Below, piece by piece: positions 30,265-41,744 of a stretch of DNA of 64,000 nt. The first letter of the stretch is position 1. Each line of letters starts with the position of its first letter. The position numbers and the translations under genes were made by a program. Under the pieces are notes generated by a model, which ran no database searches, was not told where the DNA came from, and saw nothing but the letters and a program-made list of their open reading frames with translations. The stretch comes from an uncultured Weeksellaceae bacterium (lineage in GTDB: Bacteria; Bacteroidota; Bacteroidia; Flavobacteriales; BACL11). The DNA lies in assembly GCA_964397025.1 (NCBI GenBank), contig CAYNGO010000001.1:38038-102037 (forward strand). Reading direction: 5' to 3'.

Positions 30265-30928
30265 ATACTGTTGTTAAATTCATCTCTGGAATTTCTTCTG
30301 TAATTATCAGATTAGCCTCTGTAGCTTTTATTATTTCCTCTACACTTACTCCTGGAGCTCGCTCAACTAATTTAAAACCTTTCTGGACAACTTCTATTAC
30401 AGCTAAGTCTGTAACTATTTTTTTAATACATGAAACTCCTGTTATTGGAAGAGTACACTTCTTAAGTAACTTACTCTCACCTTTACGGTTAGTATGGGTC
30501 ATGGCAACAATAATGTTTTCTGATGAGGCTACTAAATCCATAGCGCCCCCCATACCTTTTACCATTTTCCCTGGTATCTTCCAATTAGCAATATCACCGT
30601 TTTCAGCAACTTCCATCGCTCCTAATACACTGAGCTGAATATGCTTTCCTCTTATCATTGCAAATGACATTGATGAATCAAAGAGTACTGCTCCGGCTAG
30701 AGTTGTTATTGTTTGTTTTCCAGCATTTATCATGTCTGGATCCTCTTCTCCTTCAAATGGAAAAGGGCCCATTCCTAAAACTCCATTTTCAGACTGAAAC
30801 TCTACATTAATATTTTTAGGAACATAATTAGCAACTAGAGTTGGTATTCCAATACCTAAATTAACATAGGTATTATTTTTCAGCTCTTGCGCTATTCTTT
30901 TTGCTATACCAATTTTATCAAGAGCCAT
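30257..30928 (-). CDS. scoB: 3-oxoacid CoA-transferase subunit B
   Basis: Start set to ATG 30928 (MALDKIG...), 1 nt after the scoA stop. Motif SENGVLGMGP. Confidence 0.85.
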   Translation of the reverse strand: MALDKIGIAKRIAQELKNNTYVNLGIGIPTLVANYVPKNINVEFQSENGVLGMGPFPFEGEEDPDMINAGKQTITTLAGAVLFDSSMSFAMIRGKHIQLSVLGAMEVAENGDIANWKIPGKMVKGMGGAMDLVASSENIIVAMTHTNRKGESKLLKKCTLPITGVSCIKKIVTDLAVIEVVQKGFKLVERAPGVSVEEIIKATEANLIITEEIPEMNLTTVFN

Positions 30929-30929
30929 T

Positions 30930-31628
30930 TTATAATTTTCTATTTGTTTTGTTTTCAATTCTTTTTTCGAAGAAAGCTCCTTTAATTATTTTTTGAACAA
31001 AAACGCCTGGAGTATGAATTTGATTAGGATCAAGCTCCCCAATAGGAACAAGCTCTTCTACTTCGGCAACAGTGATTTTTCCTGCCATTGCCATTAAAGG
31101 ATTAAAATTTCTAGCGGTACCTTTATATATTAAATTTCCTGCAGCATCTCCTTTCCATGCTTTGACAAAAGCAAAATCTGCCTCTAAAGCTTGTTCTAAA
31201 ATATAATTCTTCCCATTAAAAACTCTTGTTTCTTTATCTTGCTGCACCTCTGTTCCATATCCTGCTGGCGTAAAAAAAGCAGGTATTCCCGCCCCTCCAG
31301 CTCTACATCTTTCTGCCAATGTTCCTTGGGGAATTAATTCCACCTCTAGCTCCTTAGATAGCATTTGTCTTTCAAACTCAGCATTTTCACCAACATAAGA
31401 TGAAATCATTTTTTTAACTTGTTTTCTTTTTAAAAGAAGTCCTAAACCAAAATCATCAATTCCTGCATTATTTGAAATACATGTTAAATCATATATCTCT
31501 AATTTAGCTAAGGCCCCTATTGAGTTTTCTGGAATACCACTTAACCCAAACCCCCCAAACATTAAGGTCATTCCACTTTTAACTTCTTTAATTATATCAT
31601 TTATATCTTTAATCTCTTTATTTATCAT
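30930..31628 (-). CDS. scoA: 3-oxoacid CoA-transferase subunit A
   Basis: 232 aa. [17 protein letters not shown] and the typical subunit A layout, directly upstream of subunit B. Confidence 0.85.
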   Translation of the reverse strand: MINKEIKDINDIIKEVKSGMTLMFGGFGLSGIPENSIGALAKLEIYDLTCISNNAGIDDFGLGLLLKRKQVKKMISSYVGENAEFERQMLSKELEVELIPQGTLAERCRAGGAGIPAFFTPAGYGTEVQQDKETRVFNGKNYILEQALEADFAFVKAWKGDAAGNLIYKGTARNFNPLMAMAGKITVAEVEELVPIGELDPNQIHTPGVFVQKIIKGAFFEKRIENKTNRKL

Positions 31629-31630
31629 AA

Positions 31631-33877
31631 TTAAAATTCTTCTTCAATTGAGTCTAGTGAATCATCGCAATCTAATTTTACATCTATAGATCGTGAAATA
31701 TTAAACGGAATAGGATGTATTCCTGTATTTACAGTATCCGCATAAACTCTCTGCATGTATTCCGCAAATATTGGTAATGCCATATTAGCTCCTTGACCTG
31801 TTGTTATATCACGAAAATGGACACTTCTATCTTCACAACCAGTCCATACTCCTGTAACTAGATTTGGAGTTATTCCCATAAACCAACCGTCTGAATGATT
31901 TTGGGTAGTTCCTGTTTTTCCACCTATCTCGTTTTTAAATCCGTATTTAAACCTTAGCCTAACACCCGTTCCTGATTTTTTATTTGCTGTAGGGCTATAT
32001 ACTCCATCAACAACACCCTGTAAAAGACGAACCATTACGTCTGCAGTTTTCTCACTCATTGCTTCGTTAGATTCTGGAATAAATTTTTCAAGTAACACTC
32101 CGTTTTTATCTTCAATCTTTGTTACAAAAATAGGCTCTACCCAGACGCCTTTATTTGAAAATGTTGAATAAGCCCCAACCATCTCATAAACAGAAAGATC
32201 AAATGTGCCTAGACATAATGAAGGAACTGCAAGTATCTTACTTTTAATGCCTATTTTTCTTGCTAAGTCAACTACAGCATGAGGTCCAAATTGTTTCATA
32301 ATATATGCTGTAACTGTATTTATTGAATTAGCTAAACCATATTTTAACGTCAATGTTAAACCCTCTAAATCTTCACCTCCTGAGTTTCTTGGAGACCAGT
32401 CTTTTTCAAGTCTCCATTTATATTTATCAAAAACAACGGGGACGTTTGGAACTTGATAACAAGGACTAAAACCCTCTTGAATTGCTAATGAATATAAAAA
32501 AGGCTTAAAAGTTGAGCCAACTTGTCTTTTACCAGATGTAACATGATCATACTGAAAGTTTTCATAATTAATACCCCCAACATAAGCCTTTACAAAACCT
32601 GTAGAAGGCTCCATGCTCATTAGGCCTGAGTGAAGGAAAAACTTACTGTATATAAGCGAGTCTCTAGGTGATAAAATTGTGTCAATTTTCCCTTGCCATG
32701 AAAATAATTTCATTTCTGTTTTTTTTTCAAAGCTTTTCCTTATCTCTTTTAGAGATTTCCCTTGAGATTTTAATCTTTTATATCTGACTGATCTTTTCAT
32801 CGACTGATCAATAATAGCGTCAATCTGCTCTTGCTCAAAATCTTTTGGGAAAGGAGCATTAGTATATCCTTTCCAGTGATTATAAAAATCATTTTGGAGA
32901 GAAGAAATATGAGTTTCTACAGCCTCCTCTGCAAATTTTTGTAAGCGCGAGTCTATTGTTGTATATATCTTTAACCCATCTGTATATAAATTATACCTAC
33001 TTCCGTCAGGTTTAATTTTAGTTGAACACCATTTTTTCATTTTTTCTCTTAAGTACTCTCTAAAGTATGGTGCTAACCCTTCATTGTGGCTAGCTTTTTT
33101 AAAATCTAAAACAATAGGGGTTTTCACCAAAGAGTCGTATAGCGTATCAGTAATAAATGAATATTTTTTCATTTGAGAAAGAACTACATCACGTCTTTTT
33201 GTAGTTAGCTCTAGACGTCTATTTGGATTAAAAAGAGATGGGTTTTTTAACATTCCAACAAGCATTGCCGATTCTTGAACATTAAGGTTTTGAGTTTTTT
33301 TATTAAAATAAACTCTTGCTGCAGATTTTATTCCAACAGCATTATTTACCCAATCAAACCTATTTAAATACATAAGTAAAATTTCGTCTTTTGTATATCT
33401 CCTTTCAAGTTTGGCTGAAATAACCCATTCTTTTAGTTTTTGTTTTACTCTTTCAACTCCAGAAGCAGGAGTTTTAGTAAAAAGCATTTTGGATAACTGT
33501 TGAGTTATGGTGCTTGCTCCGCCAGTTTGCCCGTCTCCAAAAAAAACTCCAATAATAGCTCTTGCCAAAGACTTAACATCTATTCCAGAGTGGCTTCTAA
33601 ATCTAATGTCTTCAGTAGCTATTAAAGCATCAATAAAATTATCCGGAATATCTTGTTTAGTTGACGAAGTTCTGTTTTCAAAAAAATATTTTCCAATCAC
33701 AACACTATCAACAGATATTATTTCAGTTGCTAAATTACTGCTTGGGTTTTCTAATTGATCAAATGTTGGTAGTGGCCCAAAAAACTCAAAAGAAGCAAGG
33801 TTTACAAAACTAAATATTGCAAGAAAAGGACTTAATATAATAAGCCATATTATTACTATTTTCTTCTTTCTATTCAT
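31631..33877 (-). CDS. mrcA: Penicillin-binding protein 1A (bifunctional transglycosylase/transpeptidase)
   Basis: 748 aa. Glycosyltransferase motif [14 protein letters not shown] and transpeptidase SxxK in VGSTFKP. Confidence 0.88.
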   Translation of the reverse strand: MNRKKKIVIIWLIILSPFLAIFSFVNLASFEFFGPLPTFDQLENPSSNLATEIISVDSVVIGKYFFENRTSSTKQDIPDNFIDALIATEDIRFRSHSGIDVKSLARAIIGVFFGDGQTGGASTITQQLSKMLFTKTPASGVERVKQKLKEWVISAKLERRYTKDEILLMYLNRFDWVNNAVGIKSAARVYFNKKTQNLNVQESAMLVGMLKNPSLFNPNRRLELTTKRRDVVLSQMKKYSFITDTLYDSLVKTPIVLDFKKASHNEGLAPYFREYLREKMKKWCSTKIKPDGSRYNLYTDGLKIYTTIDSRLQKFAEEAVETHISSLQNDFYNHWKGYTNAPFPKDFEQEQIDAIIDQSMKRSVRYKRLKSQGKSLKEIRKSFEKKTEMKLFSWQGKIDTILSPRDSLIYSKFFLHSGLMSMEPSTGFVKAYVGGINYENFQYDHVTSGKRQVGSTFKPFLYSLAIQEGFSPCYQVPNVPVVFDKYKWRLEKDWSPRNSGGEDLEGLTLTLKYGLANSINTVTAYIMKQFGPHAVVDLARKIGIKSKILAVPSLCLGTFDLSVYEMVGAYSTFSNKGVWVEPIFVTKIEDKNGVLLEKFIPESNEAMSEKTADVMVRLLQGVVDGVYSPTANKKSGTGVRLRFKYGFKNEIGGKTGTTQNHSDGWFMGITPNLVTGVWTGCEDRSVHFRDITTGQGANMALPIFAEYMQRVYADTVNTGIHPIPFNISRSIDVKLDCDDSLDSIEEEF

Positions 33878-34334
33878 TAATTTTTTCTACTGACAAACCC
33901 ACGGCTATTAAACCTTTAAGCTTGCTAATTTTATTTTTATTTCCATACCGCATAGCCTGCTCTAGAGTTAAGCTATAATCTCCATTTTTTTCAAAGTAAA
34001 ACTCCTTTTTTAAAACTAAACTAATTTCTCTGGCGTCTCCGATTCCTCTTCCTTTCCATTTGCCATTTTTTTCTGAAATTATTAGCTCCACAGTGTCTGG
34101 AACGCCTAGAAAATGAGTAAACAAATATAAATTTTGAAATTTATAATCTGTTGTATGCCTAACATTTAAAGTAAGCTTGTGGAGATCTGTAGAGTCTTTA
34201 CAGGTAATCGAAAATTGAACTATACTGTCGCTATTCCATGTTTCTTCATCAAAAACATAGTACTGATCCTCAGTACTATTGTAAGAACACGACGCTGTAA
34301 TTAAACACAATAAAAACAATAACTTTTTCATCAA
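33870..34334 (-). CDS. gldH: Gliding motility lipoprotein GldH-like
   Basis: 154 aa. Lipoprotein signal (LLCLITASCS). Size and position between holB and PBP1A match Flavobacteriia gldH. Not searched. Confidence 0.65.
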   Translation of the reverse strand: MMKKLLFLLCLITASCSYNSTEDQYYVFDEETWNSDSIVQFSITCKDSTDLHKLTLNVRHTTDYKFQNLYLFTHFLGVPDTVELIISEKNGKWKGRGIGDAREISLVLKKEFYFEKNGDYSLTLEQAMRYGNKNKISKLKGLIAVGLSVEKINE

Positions 34335-34359
34335 TCTTTTAAAGGGTGTTTACTTATTA

Positions 34360-35514
34360 TTAAACAAATTTACGTTTTAGTTTTAACAACTTAACTAGAC
34401 GTAACGACATATCAAATAATATAATTTTTGAGTTTGCATTTCTTTGTATATTCTTAATTATACTTTCAAAAATAGAAATAATATGCAAGCTGTTTTCTTC
34501 GTGAATATATGAAGAAAAGTTTTTAATGAACTTAGCTTCTTTTTCCGATAGGTTATTGATTTTTTTATCCGAGAAGTTATAAATAATACACTCTCGCATC
34601 AAGCTTATCGAGTAGCTAATGATTTTTATTTGATTTTCGCGTGTTTTAGCTGAGACCTGATCAACCCAAGAAGATATTTCAACAATATTATTTTTGAAAC
34701 ATACTCGCATCAAAGAAGAGAAGTTTTCTATAAAATTTTCCTGGTTTTCTAAATCTTCATTATAATTATACAGATTACCTAAATCACCATTAGATCTTTT
34801 ACAATGATTAAGAAATCCTGATGTTTTATTATCACTAAAAAAACTAATTGTTTCATTAACAGTATATCGAGGAATATCAATTATTTGAAGACGTGACAAT
34901 ACTGTTGTTAGTAAAGATGTTTTATTTTCTGACACAAGCAATAAAATTGTTCTAGGAGGAGGTTCTTCTAAAATTTTTAAAAACTTATTGGCAGCCTTAA
35001 CATTCATTTTTTCTGGCATCCAAATGATTACTACTCTGTTTTTAGCTTCATAGATTTTAAGAGAAAGCTTTCTGTTTAATTCTTTGATTTGATGAGCGTA
35101 AATAACCCCTTCTTTTTTTTTATTACTTACTTTTTCAATAAACATTTCTTTATAAGAACCCATCCATTTATCTAAAGATTGATAAGGATTAGAAAGGATG
35201 TTTTGCCTCCACAAACCAATAAAGTCATCGCTTATTGGTTTATCTGTTGATGATTTTTTAATTACAGGATAAATTATGTGTAAGTCTGGGTGAGCAATTT
35301 TTAAATATTTTAAGCATGAGGAACATGTGCCACATGAATCATTCTTTTTATTAAACTCACAATTAATTAATTGTGCATAACCAAGCGCTATTGCTAGTTT
35401 TCCAGACCCTTTTGGCCCATTAAAAAGCTGCGCATGAGCAATTCTGTTTTGAGAATAACTAGATGTCAGTTCTTTTTTTATCTTTTCTAGTCCTAAAATT
35501 TCGCTTAAAAGCAT
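34360..35514 (-). CDS. holB: DNA polymerase III subunit delta-prime
   Basis: 384 aa. AHAQLFNGPKGSGK P-loop-like motif and zinc module CGTCSSCLK. Confidence 0.8.
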   Translation of the reverse strand: MLLSEILGLEKIKKELTSSYSQNRIAHAQLFNGPKGSGKLAIALGYAQLINCEFNKKNDSCGTCSSCLKYLKIAHPDLHIIYPVIKKSSTDKPISDDFIGLWRQNILSNPYQSLDKWMGSYKEMFIEKVSNKKKEGVIYAHQIKELNRKLSLKIYEAKNRVVIIWMPEKMNVKAANKFLKILEEPPPRTILLLVSENKTSLLTTVLSRLQIIDIPRYTVNETISFFSDNKTSGFLNHCKRSNGDLGNLYNYNEDLENQENFIENFSSLMRVCFKNNIVEISSWVDQVSAKTRENQIKIISYSISLMRECIIYNFSDKKINNLSEKEAKFIKNFSSYIHEENSLHIISIFESIIKNIQRNANSKIILFDMSLRLVKLLKLKRKFV

Positions 35515-35531
35515 TATATCGTTCTTTATGT

Positions 35532-35539
35532 CAAAGTTA
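35532..35539 (-). promoter_or_regulatory. -7 box (TAACTTTG on minus strand) for holB
   Basis: The plus strand reads CAAAGTTA, 18 nt upstream of ATG 35514. Confidence 0.45.
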
Positions 35540-35570
35540 AATAAAATGACTTACAATTCTAGTTTTATTT

Positions 35571-35578
35571 TATTTTTG
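35571..35578 (+). promoter_or_regulatory. -7 box TATTTTTG for pgk
   Basis: Exact TAnnTTTG ending 4 nt before ATG 35583. This suggests a leaderless mRNA. Confidence 0.45.
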
Positions 35579-35582
35579 CACT

Positions 35583-36767
35583 ATGATAGGTATTCATAAT
35601 ATAAGCCCTTTTAACAAACGTGTTCTAATTAGAGTTGACTTTAATGTCCCTCTAGATAAGAATAAGAAAATTACCGACATAACACGAATACAAGCTGCAC
35701 TACCCACAATACAAAAAATTATTACTGGTGGTGGTATTGCAGTTCTAATATCTCATTTAGGAAGACCCAAAACAAAAGAAAAAAATTTATCTCTAAAACC
35801 TATAGCTAAAAAGCTTTCTGAACTGTTAAATCAAAAAGTTTTTTTTTCTATGGACTGTGTTGGAAACAAAGTACTTTCTGAAATAAAAAAACTAAATTCT
35901 GGTGAGGTAATCCTTCTAGAAAATCTTCGTTATTATAAAGAAGAAGAACAGGGTGATATTATTTTTTCCGAAAAACTTTCTAAACTAGCTGATATATATA
36001 TTAATGATGCGTTTGGAACTGCCCACAGGGCTCATGCCTCAACCTCTGTAATTACTCGTTTTTTTAAGAAGAATTGTTTTTGTGGATTACTTTTAGAAAA
36101 AGAAATATCAAATTTAAATTTAATACTTAAGAACCCTAAAAGACCGTTCACTGCTATTATCGGAGGTGCGAAAATTAGTGGGAAAATTGAGATAATTCTT
36201 TCCCTCTTAGAGAAGGTAGATAAAATTATAATTGGTGGTGGCATGGCCTATACCTTTATAAAAGCAATGGGTGGTAATATTGGAAAATCTATTGTTGAAG
36301 AAGATAAGCTGATTTTAGCACAAAAAATAATAGAAGGAGCTAAAGAGAAAAATGTAGAGCTAATACTACCAATTGACTCTATCAATAGCTTGTTATTTAG
36401 TAATGAAGAAGAGTCTTCGTCTTCAGATATCTATAAAATACCTGAAGACAAAATGGGTTTAGATATTGGGAAGGAATCTATTTTACTTTTTGAAAAACAC
36501 ATACTCAAATCTAAAACTATACTTTGGAACGGTCCAATGGGAGTTTTTGAGTTTTCTAATTTTTGCAATGGCACCAAATCTATTGGGAAAGCAATATGTG
36601 TAAGCACCTTAAATGGGGCGTTTTCATTAATTGGAGGAGGAGATTCAATAGCAGCCTCTAAACTATTCGGGTTGTCTGAAGGGGTTAGTTATACATCTAC
36701 TGGTGGAGGTGCTATGCTTGAATACATAGAAGGTAAGGAGCTTCCCGGAATCAAAGCTTTATCATAA
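35583..36767 (+). CDS. pgk: Phosphoglycerate kinase
   Basis: 394 aa. RVDFNVPL, NDAFGTAHRAH and STGGGA motifs. Confidence 0.93.
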   Translation: MIGIHNISPFNKRVLIRVDFNVPLDKNKKITDITRIQAALPTIQKIITGGGIAVLISHLGRPKTKEKNLSLKPIAKKLSELLNQKVFFSMDCVGNKVLSEIKKLNSGEVILLENLRYYKEEEQGDIIFSEKLSKLADIYINDAFGTAHRAHASTSVITRFFKKNCFCGLLLEKEISNLNLILKNPKRPFTAIIGGAKISGKIEIILSLLEKVDKIIIGGGMAYTFIKAMGGNIGKSIVEEDKLILAQKIIEGAKEKNVELILPIDSINSLLFSNEEESSSSDIYKIPEDKMGLDIGKESILLFEKHILKSKTILWNGPMGVFEFSNFCNGTKSIGKAICVSTLNGAFSLIGGGDSIAASKLFGLSEGVSYTSTGGGAMLEYIEGKELPGIKALS

Positions 36768-37298
36768 ACCTTTTTTAATCTTATTTGTTGCTTTCTTAGC
36801 TTTTTTCTCTATATCTTTAATAAAGTCCTGATGCTCTGTTATCTTAGGAGTTATTACAACAAGTATTCTTTCAAGCTGAGGTCTTAGTAAGGAAGATTTA
36901 TTAACCTCTTTTGGGATAACATCAATTTTTTGTTCGAAAAAAATTAAAACACTTAATAAAATAGCAATTTTTATACATCCAAATATTGCTCCAATAAGCT
37001 TGCTAATTATTCCAAGAGCAAGAGCATTAGTGATTTTTTCAATTATATGTCCTAGTATTTTTATAACAACTAGAGTTGTAAAAAAAACAAGGGCAAATGA
37101 AATTAAAGGAACAAGCCCCTTATATTCTTCCATTATTTTAACCAAATAGGATTCAAAATAAATTGAGAAATTTATTGCTATATACACACCGATAATTAAA
37201 GAAACTAATGATGTTATTTCTTTTACTATTCCTCTAGAAAACCCCTTTACAGTACCATAAACTAATGGTATGACTAAGGCTATATCGAGATAATTCAT
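36762..37298 (-). CDS. CvpA-family membrane protein
   Basis: 178 aa. Four hydrophobic segments and an N-terminus MNYLDIALVIPLVYGTVKGFSRGIVKE typical of CvpA. Confidence 0.7.
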   Translation of the reverse strand: MNYLDIALVIPLVYGTVKGFSRGIVKEITSLVSLIIGVYIAINFSIYFESYLVKIMEEYKGLVPLISFALVFFTTLVVIKILGHIIEKITNALALGIISKLIGAIFGCIKIAILLSVLIFFEQKIDVIPKEVNKSSLLRPQLERILVVITPKITEHQDFIKDIEKKAKKATNKIKKGL

Positions 37299-37398
37299 TT
37301 AGTAAAGAGTTTAATAATTTTTAAAAATTCTATTTTGAGTAACTTTCACTGTCTAGTGAAATAAGCTATTCTGTACTTATTCTTTAACTAAATAAGTC

Positions 37399-37794
37399 TT
37401 AGTTAACAATAATTGTTTTTCTAACCAATTCTTCTTTAACTAACTTTATTACACTTTCAGCAGTATAAACATAGTTGCCCGTAGTGTATTCAACGTCAAC
37501 ATTAAGAATAGCTTCGTTTACAAATTCAAATTCTACATCTCCATTAACACCAGTGTAGTCCATCTTATATACATTTGCTTCATTTCCTGCAGAATTAATT
37601 AGGCCTTGTTGAGATAAAATAACCTTACAACCTCCACTTGTAGCGTCAGAATCATATGCGGCTTGCCCATCTATTGTATTAATAGTAATTATTGCTTTAG
37701 TAGGGCTTTCTTCTTGGCATGATGATAGAAAAAAAGCGATTGAAACCGCTAATAAAAAACTGATTAAAGCTGATTTAAAATTTATATTTCCCAT
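37399..37794 (-). CDS. Small secreted lipoprotein, unknown function
   Basis: Start set to ATG 37794 (MGNINFKSALISFLLAVSIAFFLSSCQ, lipobox). The ORF-track start at 37869 lies upstream of the -7 box. Confidence 0.55.
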   Translation of the reverse strand: MGNINFKSALISFLLAVSIAFFLSSCQEESPTKAIITINTIDGQAAYDSDATSGGCKVILSQQGLINSAGNEANVYKMDYTGVNGDVEFEFVNEAILNVDVEYTTGNYVYTAESVIKLVKEELVRKTIIVN

Positions 37795-37824
37795 AAAAAT
37801 TGTTTCTTTGTATTCTGTATAAAA

Positions 37825-37832
37825 CAAATATA
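37825..37832 (-). promoter_or_regulatory. -7 box (TATATTTG on minus strand) for the small lipoprotein
   Basis: The plus strand reads CAAATATA, 31 nt upstream of ATG 37794. Confidence 0.4.
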
Positions 37833-37849
37833 CATAGAATAATAATAAA

Positions 37850-38866
37850 GTGAAAGAAAAGGTATCCAAAATAACGAATGAGGTTGATTCATTTTTACCT
37901 AAATCATTAGATGAAGTGGAAGTTTTTAGACTAAAATACCAAGCAAAAAACGGTCTTTTAAATAAATTATTTAATGATTTTAAAAATGTTGATGCAAAAG
38001 ATAAAAAAGAGATTGGTCAGGCTATAAATAATTTAAAAATAAAAATAAAAGAAAAGATTTCTTCTTTTTCAGAGACAAAATCACAAGTTACAACTAAAGT
38101 AAATTTTGATCCAAGCAAGCCCATCAAAGACAGTAATTTAGGGTCTAGACACCCCTTGTCTTTAGTTGAGTCTGAAATTGTACGAGTTTTCTCATCAATA
38201 GGTTTTAATATTTCCGAAGGGCCTGAAATTGAAGATGACTGGCATAATTTTACTGCGCTAAACCTCCCAAAAGAACATCCTGCTAGAGATATGCAAGACA
38301 CTTTTTTTATTCAAACTAATCCAGATATATTACTACGCACACATACCTCGTCAGTTCAAGTTAGGCACATGCAAAACAACCAACCTCCTATAAGAACAAT
38401 TTCACCTGGAAGAGTATATAGAAATGAAGCTATCTCAGCAAGAGCACACTGTCTTTTTCATCAGGTTGAAGGCCTATATATAGATACTAATGTAACTTTT
38501 GCCGATCTAAAACAAACACTACTTTTTTTTGCAAAAGAGCTTTTTGGGGAGAAGTCTAAAATTAGACTTAGACCCTCCTACTTTCCCTTTACAGAACCCT
38601 CTGCTGAGGTTGATGTAAGCTGTAATATTTGCTCTGGAAAGGGTTGTAGTGTTTGTAAGTATACTGGATATTTAGAAATTTTAGGATGCGGAATGATAGA
38701 TCCTAACGTTTTGGATAACTGCGGGATTGATTCAAAAAAATATACCGGCTACGCTTTTGGAATGGGTATTGAGAGAATAGCGATGCTGAAATACAAGGTT
38801 AATGATCTTCGTTTATTTTATGAAAATGATATTAGGTTTTTAAGTCAGTTCTCTTCTGAGATATAA
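37850..38866 (+). CDS. pheS: Phenylalanine--tRNA ligase alpha subunit
   Basis: 338 aa. Class II motifs (HPARDMQDTFF, FRNEAISARAH, GFAFGMGIERIAM). GTG start. Confidence 0.92.
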   Translation: MKEKVSKITNEVDSFLPKSLDEVEVFRLKYQAKNGLLNKLFNDFKNVDAKDKKEIGQAINNLKIKIKEKISSFSETKSQVTTKVNFDPSKPIKDSNLGSRHPLSLVESEIVRVFSSIGFNISEGPEIEDDWHNFTALNLPKEHPARDMQDTFFIQTNPDILLRTHTSSVQVRHMQNNQPPIRTISPGRVYRNEAISARAHCLFHQVEGLYIDTNVTFADLKQTLLFFAKELFGEKSKIRLRPSYFPFTEPSAEVDVSCNICSGKGCSVCKYTGYLEILGCGMIDPNVLDNCGIDSKKYTGYAFGMGIERIAMLKYKVNDLRLFYENDIRFLSQFSSEI

Positions 38867-38869
38867 ATA

Positions 38870-39916
38870 CTACCGAAAATCCCAATTATAACTATCTAAA
38901 CTCTCTACAGAACATCTTAAAAGATCTATAGAGGCTCTTACATCGTTCTTATCAACCATTTCTATTACTTGATGAATATGTCTAGTTGGTATTGAAACCG
39001 CTCCAGCTATAGAGCCTCCTGGGTTCATTCTTTGTATTCCTGATGTGTCTGTTCCTCCAGCCGGAAGAATTTCTAATTGGGTTTTTATATTATTATTTTT
39101 TGCAACCTCTTTCATATAAGCCACCATTCTGTAATCACAAACCGTACTGGAGTCCATCACTTTTATACACGCACCTTCACCCAGTGCAGAAACCTGCTCT
39201 TGCTTAGTCGAGCCAGGAGTATCCCATGCGATAGTGGTGTCTAAACCAAAACCAAAATCAGGATTTATTAGCATTGAAGACACATTTGCGCCTCTAATTC
39301 CTATTTCTTCTTGAACAGTAAACACGCCATAAACATCATATGGGGGTGTTTTTTTCATCTCTTTAAACATTTCAATCAAAATAAAAACCGACACCCTATT
39401 GTCTAATGATTTACAATTTAAGCAATCTCCCATCTCAATCATCTTTCGTTCTCTTGTAATAGAATCACCTACAGAAATTAATTTATCTAGTTTCTTTTTT
39501 GTTAGACCAGTATCAATAAAGAAATCTTTTGTTGTTGGAACTTTTAGCCTGTCAGTTGCACTCATTAAATGAATTGGCTTACTCCCCATAACCCCAATAA
39601 CATCTTTACTTCCATGTATAATCACTCTCTGAGCAGTAAGCGTTTTTGGGTCAAAACCTCCTAGTGTATGAAAATAAACAAATCCTTTATCGTCAATATG
39701 GGTTACTATAAAGCCTATCTCATCCATATGAGCCCCTATCATTACTCTTTTTTTTTCTTTTCCTTTTTTTAAAGCAATAACATTACCCATATTGTCTATA
39801 GAAATTTCGTCAACATAGTTTTTAACTTCCTTTAAAACAATCTCTCTTACTCTGTTTTCGTGTCCAGGCGCTCCAGCAACCTCACAAAGCTGTGCTAATA
39901 ATTTTTTATTTATCAT
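38870..39916 (-). CDS. M42-family metallo-aminopeptidase (FrvX-like)
   Basis: 348 aa. GAHMDEIGF, DNRVSV and QEEIGIRGA motifs. Confidence 0.8.
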   Translation of the reverse strand: MINKKLLAQLCEVAGAPGHENRVREIVLKEVKNYVDEISIDNMGNVIALKKGKEKKRVMIGAHMDEIGFIVTHIDDKGFVYFHTLGGFDPKTLTAQRVIIHGSKDVIGVMGSKPIHLMSATDRLKVPTTKDFFIDTGLTKKKLDKLISVGDSITRERKMIEMGDCLNCKSLDNRVSVFILIEMFKEMKKTPPYDVYGVFTVQEEIGIRGANVSSMLINPDFGFGLDTTIAWDTPGSTKQEQVSALGEGACIKVMDSSTVCDYRMVAYMKEVAKNNNIKTQLEILPAGGTDTSGIQRMNPGGSIAGAVSIPTRHIHQVIEMVDKNDVRASIDLLRCSVESLDSYNWDFR

Positions 39917-39919
39917 AGT

Positions 39920-41344
39920 TTAATTTACTATACTTAGTTTAATCATATTTGTCATTCCCTTATCATTCGCAGGCATGCTTGCAAGGCTTATTACGGGGTC
40001 TCCTTTTTTTATTTGCTTATTTTTTTTAAGAATCTCTTTTGTTTCTTGAATAGTTTGATCTGTTGTTGCCCCTCTATCATAATAATAAGCCTGTACCCCC
40101 CACACAAGACTAAGCTTGTTTAATATTGAGTAGTTATTTGTAAAAGCATATACAAAAGCAGAAGGCCTAAAGCTTGATGTTTTAATAGCGTTATAGCCCG
40201 AATAAGTCATTGTTATTATAGCTTTAGCCTCAACTTGTTCAGAAATTTGAGTTGCGTGAGCACATATGGCGTCTGAAATTTTTCTTGGCTTATCGCCTGG
40301 ATTTCCTTTTGAGTAGTTAAAATCACTCTGAAAATTATAATCACTTACTTCTATGTCTCTAATAATGTTTCTCATTGTATCAACTGTTTGTAAAGGGAAT
40401 TTACCAACAGATGTTTCTCCACTTAACATAACAGCATCAGCACCATCTATAACTGCATTTGCCACATCATTCACTTCAGCTCTTGTGGCTATAGCGTTTT
40501 CCGTCATGCTTTCAAGCATTTGGGTAGCAATAATAACTGGCTTAGCACACCTAACTGCTTTATAAACTATCATTTTTTGATATGCAGGAACCCTAAAAGC
40601 AGGAACCTCTACTCCTAAATCTCCTCTTGCAACCATTACCGCATCAGATACAGAAATAATTTCATCAATTGATTCTATTGCCTCTGGTTTTTCAATTTTT
40701 GAGATAACGCCTATCTTGCTATTCTTTTTCTTAATTATTCTTTTTAGTTTAAGAACATCTTCAGCCTCTCTAACAAAAGACAATGCTACCCAAGATATAT
40801 TTTCACTTAAAATAAAATCTAAGTCTTCTAGGTCTTTTTTTGTCAAACAAGGCAATGATATTTTGGTATTTGGCAAGTTAACGCCCTTATAAGAACTAAG
40901 CATTCCTCCAAAAACGACCTTTGTTTTCACAAGACTTTTTTTATCTGTAGAAACAACATGAAGTCTTAGTTTTCCATCGTCTAATAAAACTATATCTTTT
41001 GGTTTTACGTCTTTAGCAAAGTTTTTATAATTTACAAAAACACCTTTTTTACTTAACTTATCAGTTGTAATAAAAAAATCCTCGCCTTTAATAATCTTTA
41101 TCGGTTTTGATAAAGCTCCAATTCTAATTTTTGGTCCCTGAAGATCTGCAAGTATTGCCGTATGCACATCAAGCTCTTGATTTATGCTTTTAATTAAAGA
41201 AATAACCTCTCTAGCTTTCTCATGAGAAGTGTGTGAGAAGTTTATTCTACATACGTTTACGCCTTTTTGAATTATTTTTTTCAAAATTGGCCTTGTAGAA
41301 ATAGCCGGACCAATAGTAGCAATAATTTTAGTTTTTCTAATCAT
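39920..41344 (-). CDS. pyk: Pyruvate kinase
   Basis: 474 aa. TKIIATIGPA, MVARGDLGVE and ATQMLESM motifs. Confidence 0.93.
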   Translation of the reverse strand: MIRKTKIIATIGPAISTRPILKKIIQKGVNVCRINFSHTSHEKAREVISLIKSINQELDVHTAILADLQGPKIRIGALSKPIKIIKGEDFFITTDKLSKKGVFVNYKNFAKDVKPKDIVLLDDGKLRLHVVSTDKKSLVKTKVVFGGMLSSYKGVNLPNTKISLPCLTKKDLEDLDFILSENISWVALSFVREAEDVLKLKRIIKKKNSKIGVISKIEKPEAIESIDEIISVSDAVMVARGDLGVEVPAFRVPAYQKMIVYKAVRCAKPVIIATQMLESMTENAIATRAEVNDVANAVIDGADAVMLSGETSVGKFPLQTVDTMRNIIRDIEVSDYNFQSDFNYSKGNPGDKPRKISDAICAHATQISEQVEAKAIITMTYSGYNAIKTSSFRPSAFVYAFTNNYSILNKLSLVWGVQAYYYDRGATTDQTIQETKEILKKNKQIKKGDPVISLASMPANDKGMTNMIKLSIVN

Positions 41345-41744
41345 TAAAAATAAATCTATGAACTTGTTTTTCTTTATTTAAATCTATTTCAAAAATCAAC
41401 AAAATTTTAGAAACTTTATTCAAATTAGATATAAATTCTTGTTTTTCTTTTAACATTAACATTGGTTCGACTTTTATAAAAAAATTAATGTTCTTTTTTT
41501 TTGACAATAAAAATCCTTTTTTTGATTTATTCTCAACTAAAACATACTTCTGTTCTCCCTCATAATGAACAAAGCTTGTAAATTGTTCTTTTTCAGAAAG
41601 AATACAAGAATCCTGTCTAGCAAAACTCATTCCAAGTAAGTTATTGATGTGCCAACATAACTTATACCCCTTATCATGACTATTGATTGCTAAAACGCTA
41701 AACTCTAGATCATTTGTCTTTTCTAATAAATGTATTTCTTTCAT
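41337..41744 (-). CDS. Hypothetical protein at the position of the Bacteroidota IPExxxVDY-family gene (motif degenerate here)
   Basis: 135 aa, located between rnc and pyk as in many Flavobacteriia. The expected motif region reads LLSKKKNINFFIKV. Overlaps the rnc 3' end by 35 nt. Confidence 0.35.
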   Translation of the reverse strand: MKEIHLLEKTNDLEFSVLAINSHDKGYKLCWHINNLLGMSFARQDSCILSEKEQFTSFVHYEGEQKYVLVENKSKKGFLLSKKKNINFFIKVEPMLMLKEKQEFISNLNKVSKILLIFEIDLNKEKQVHRFIFND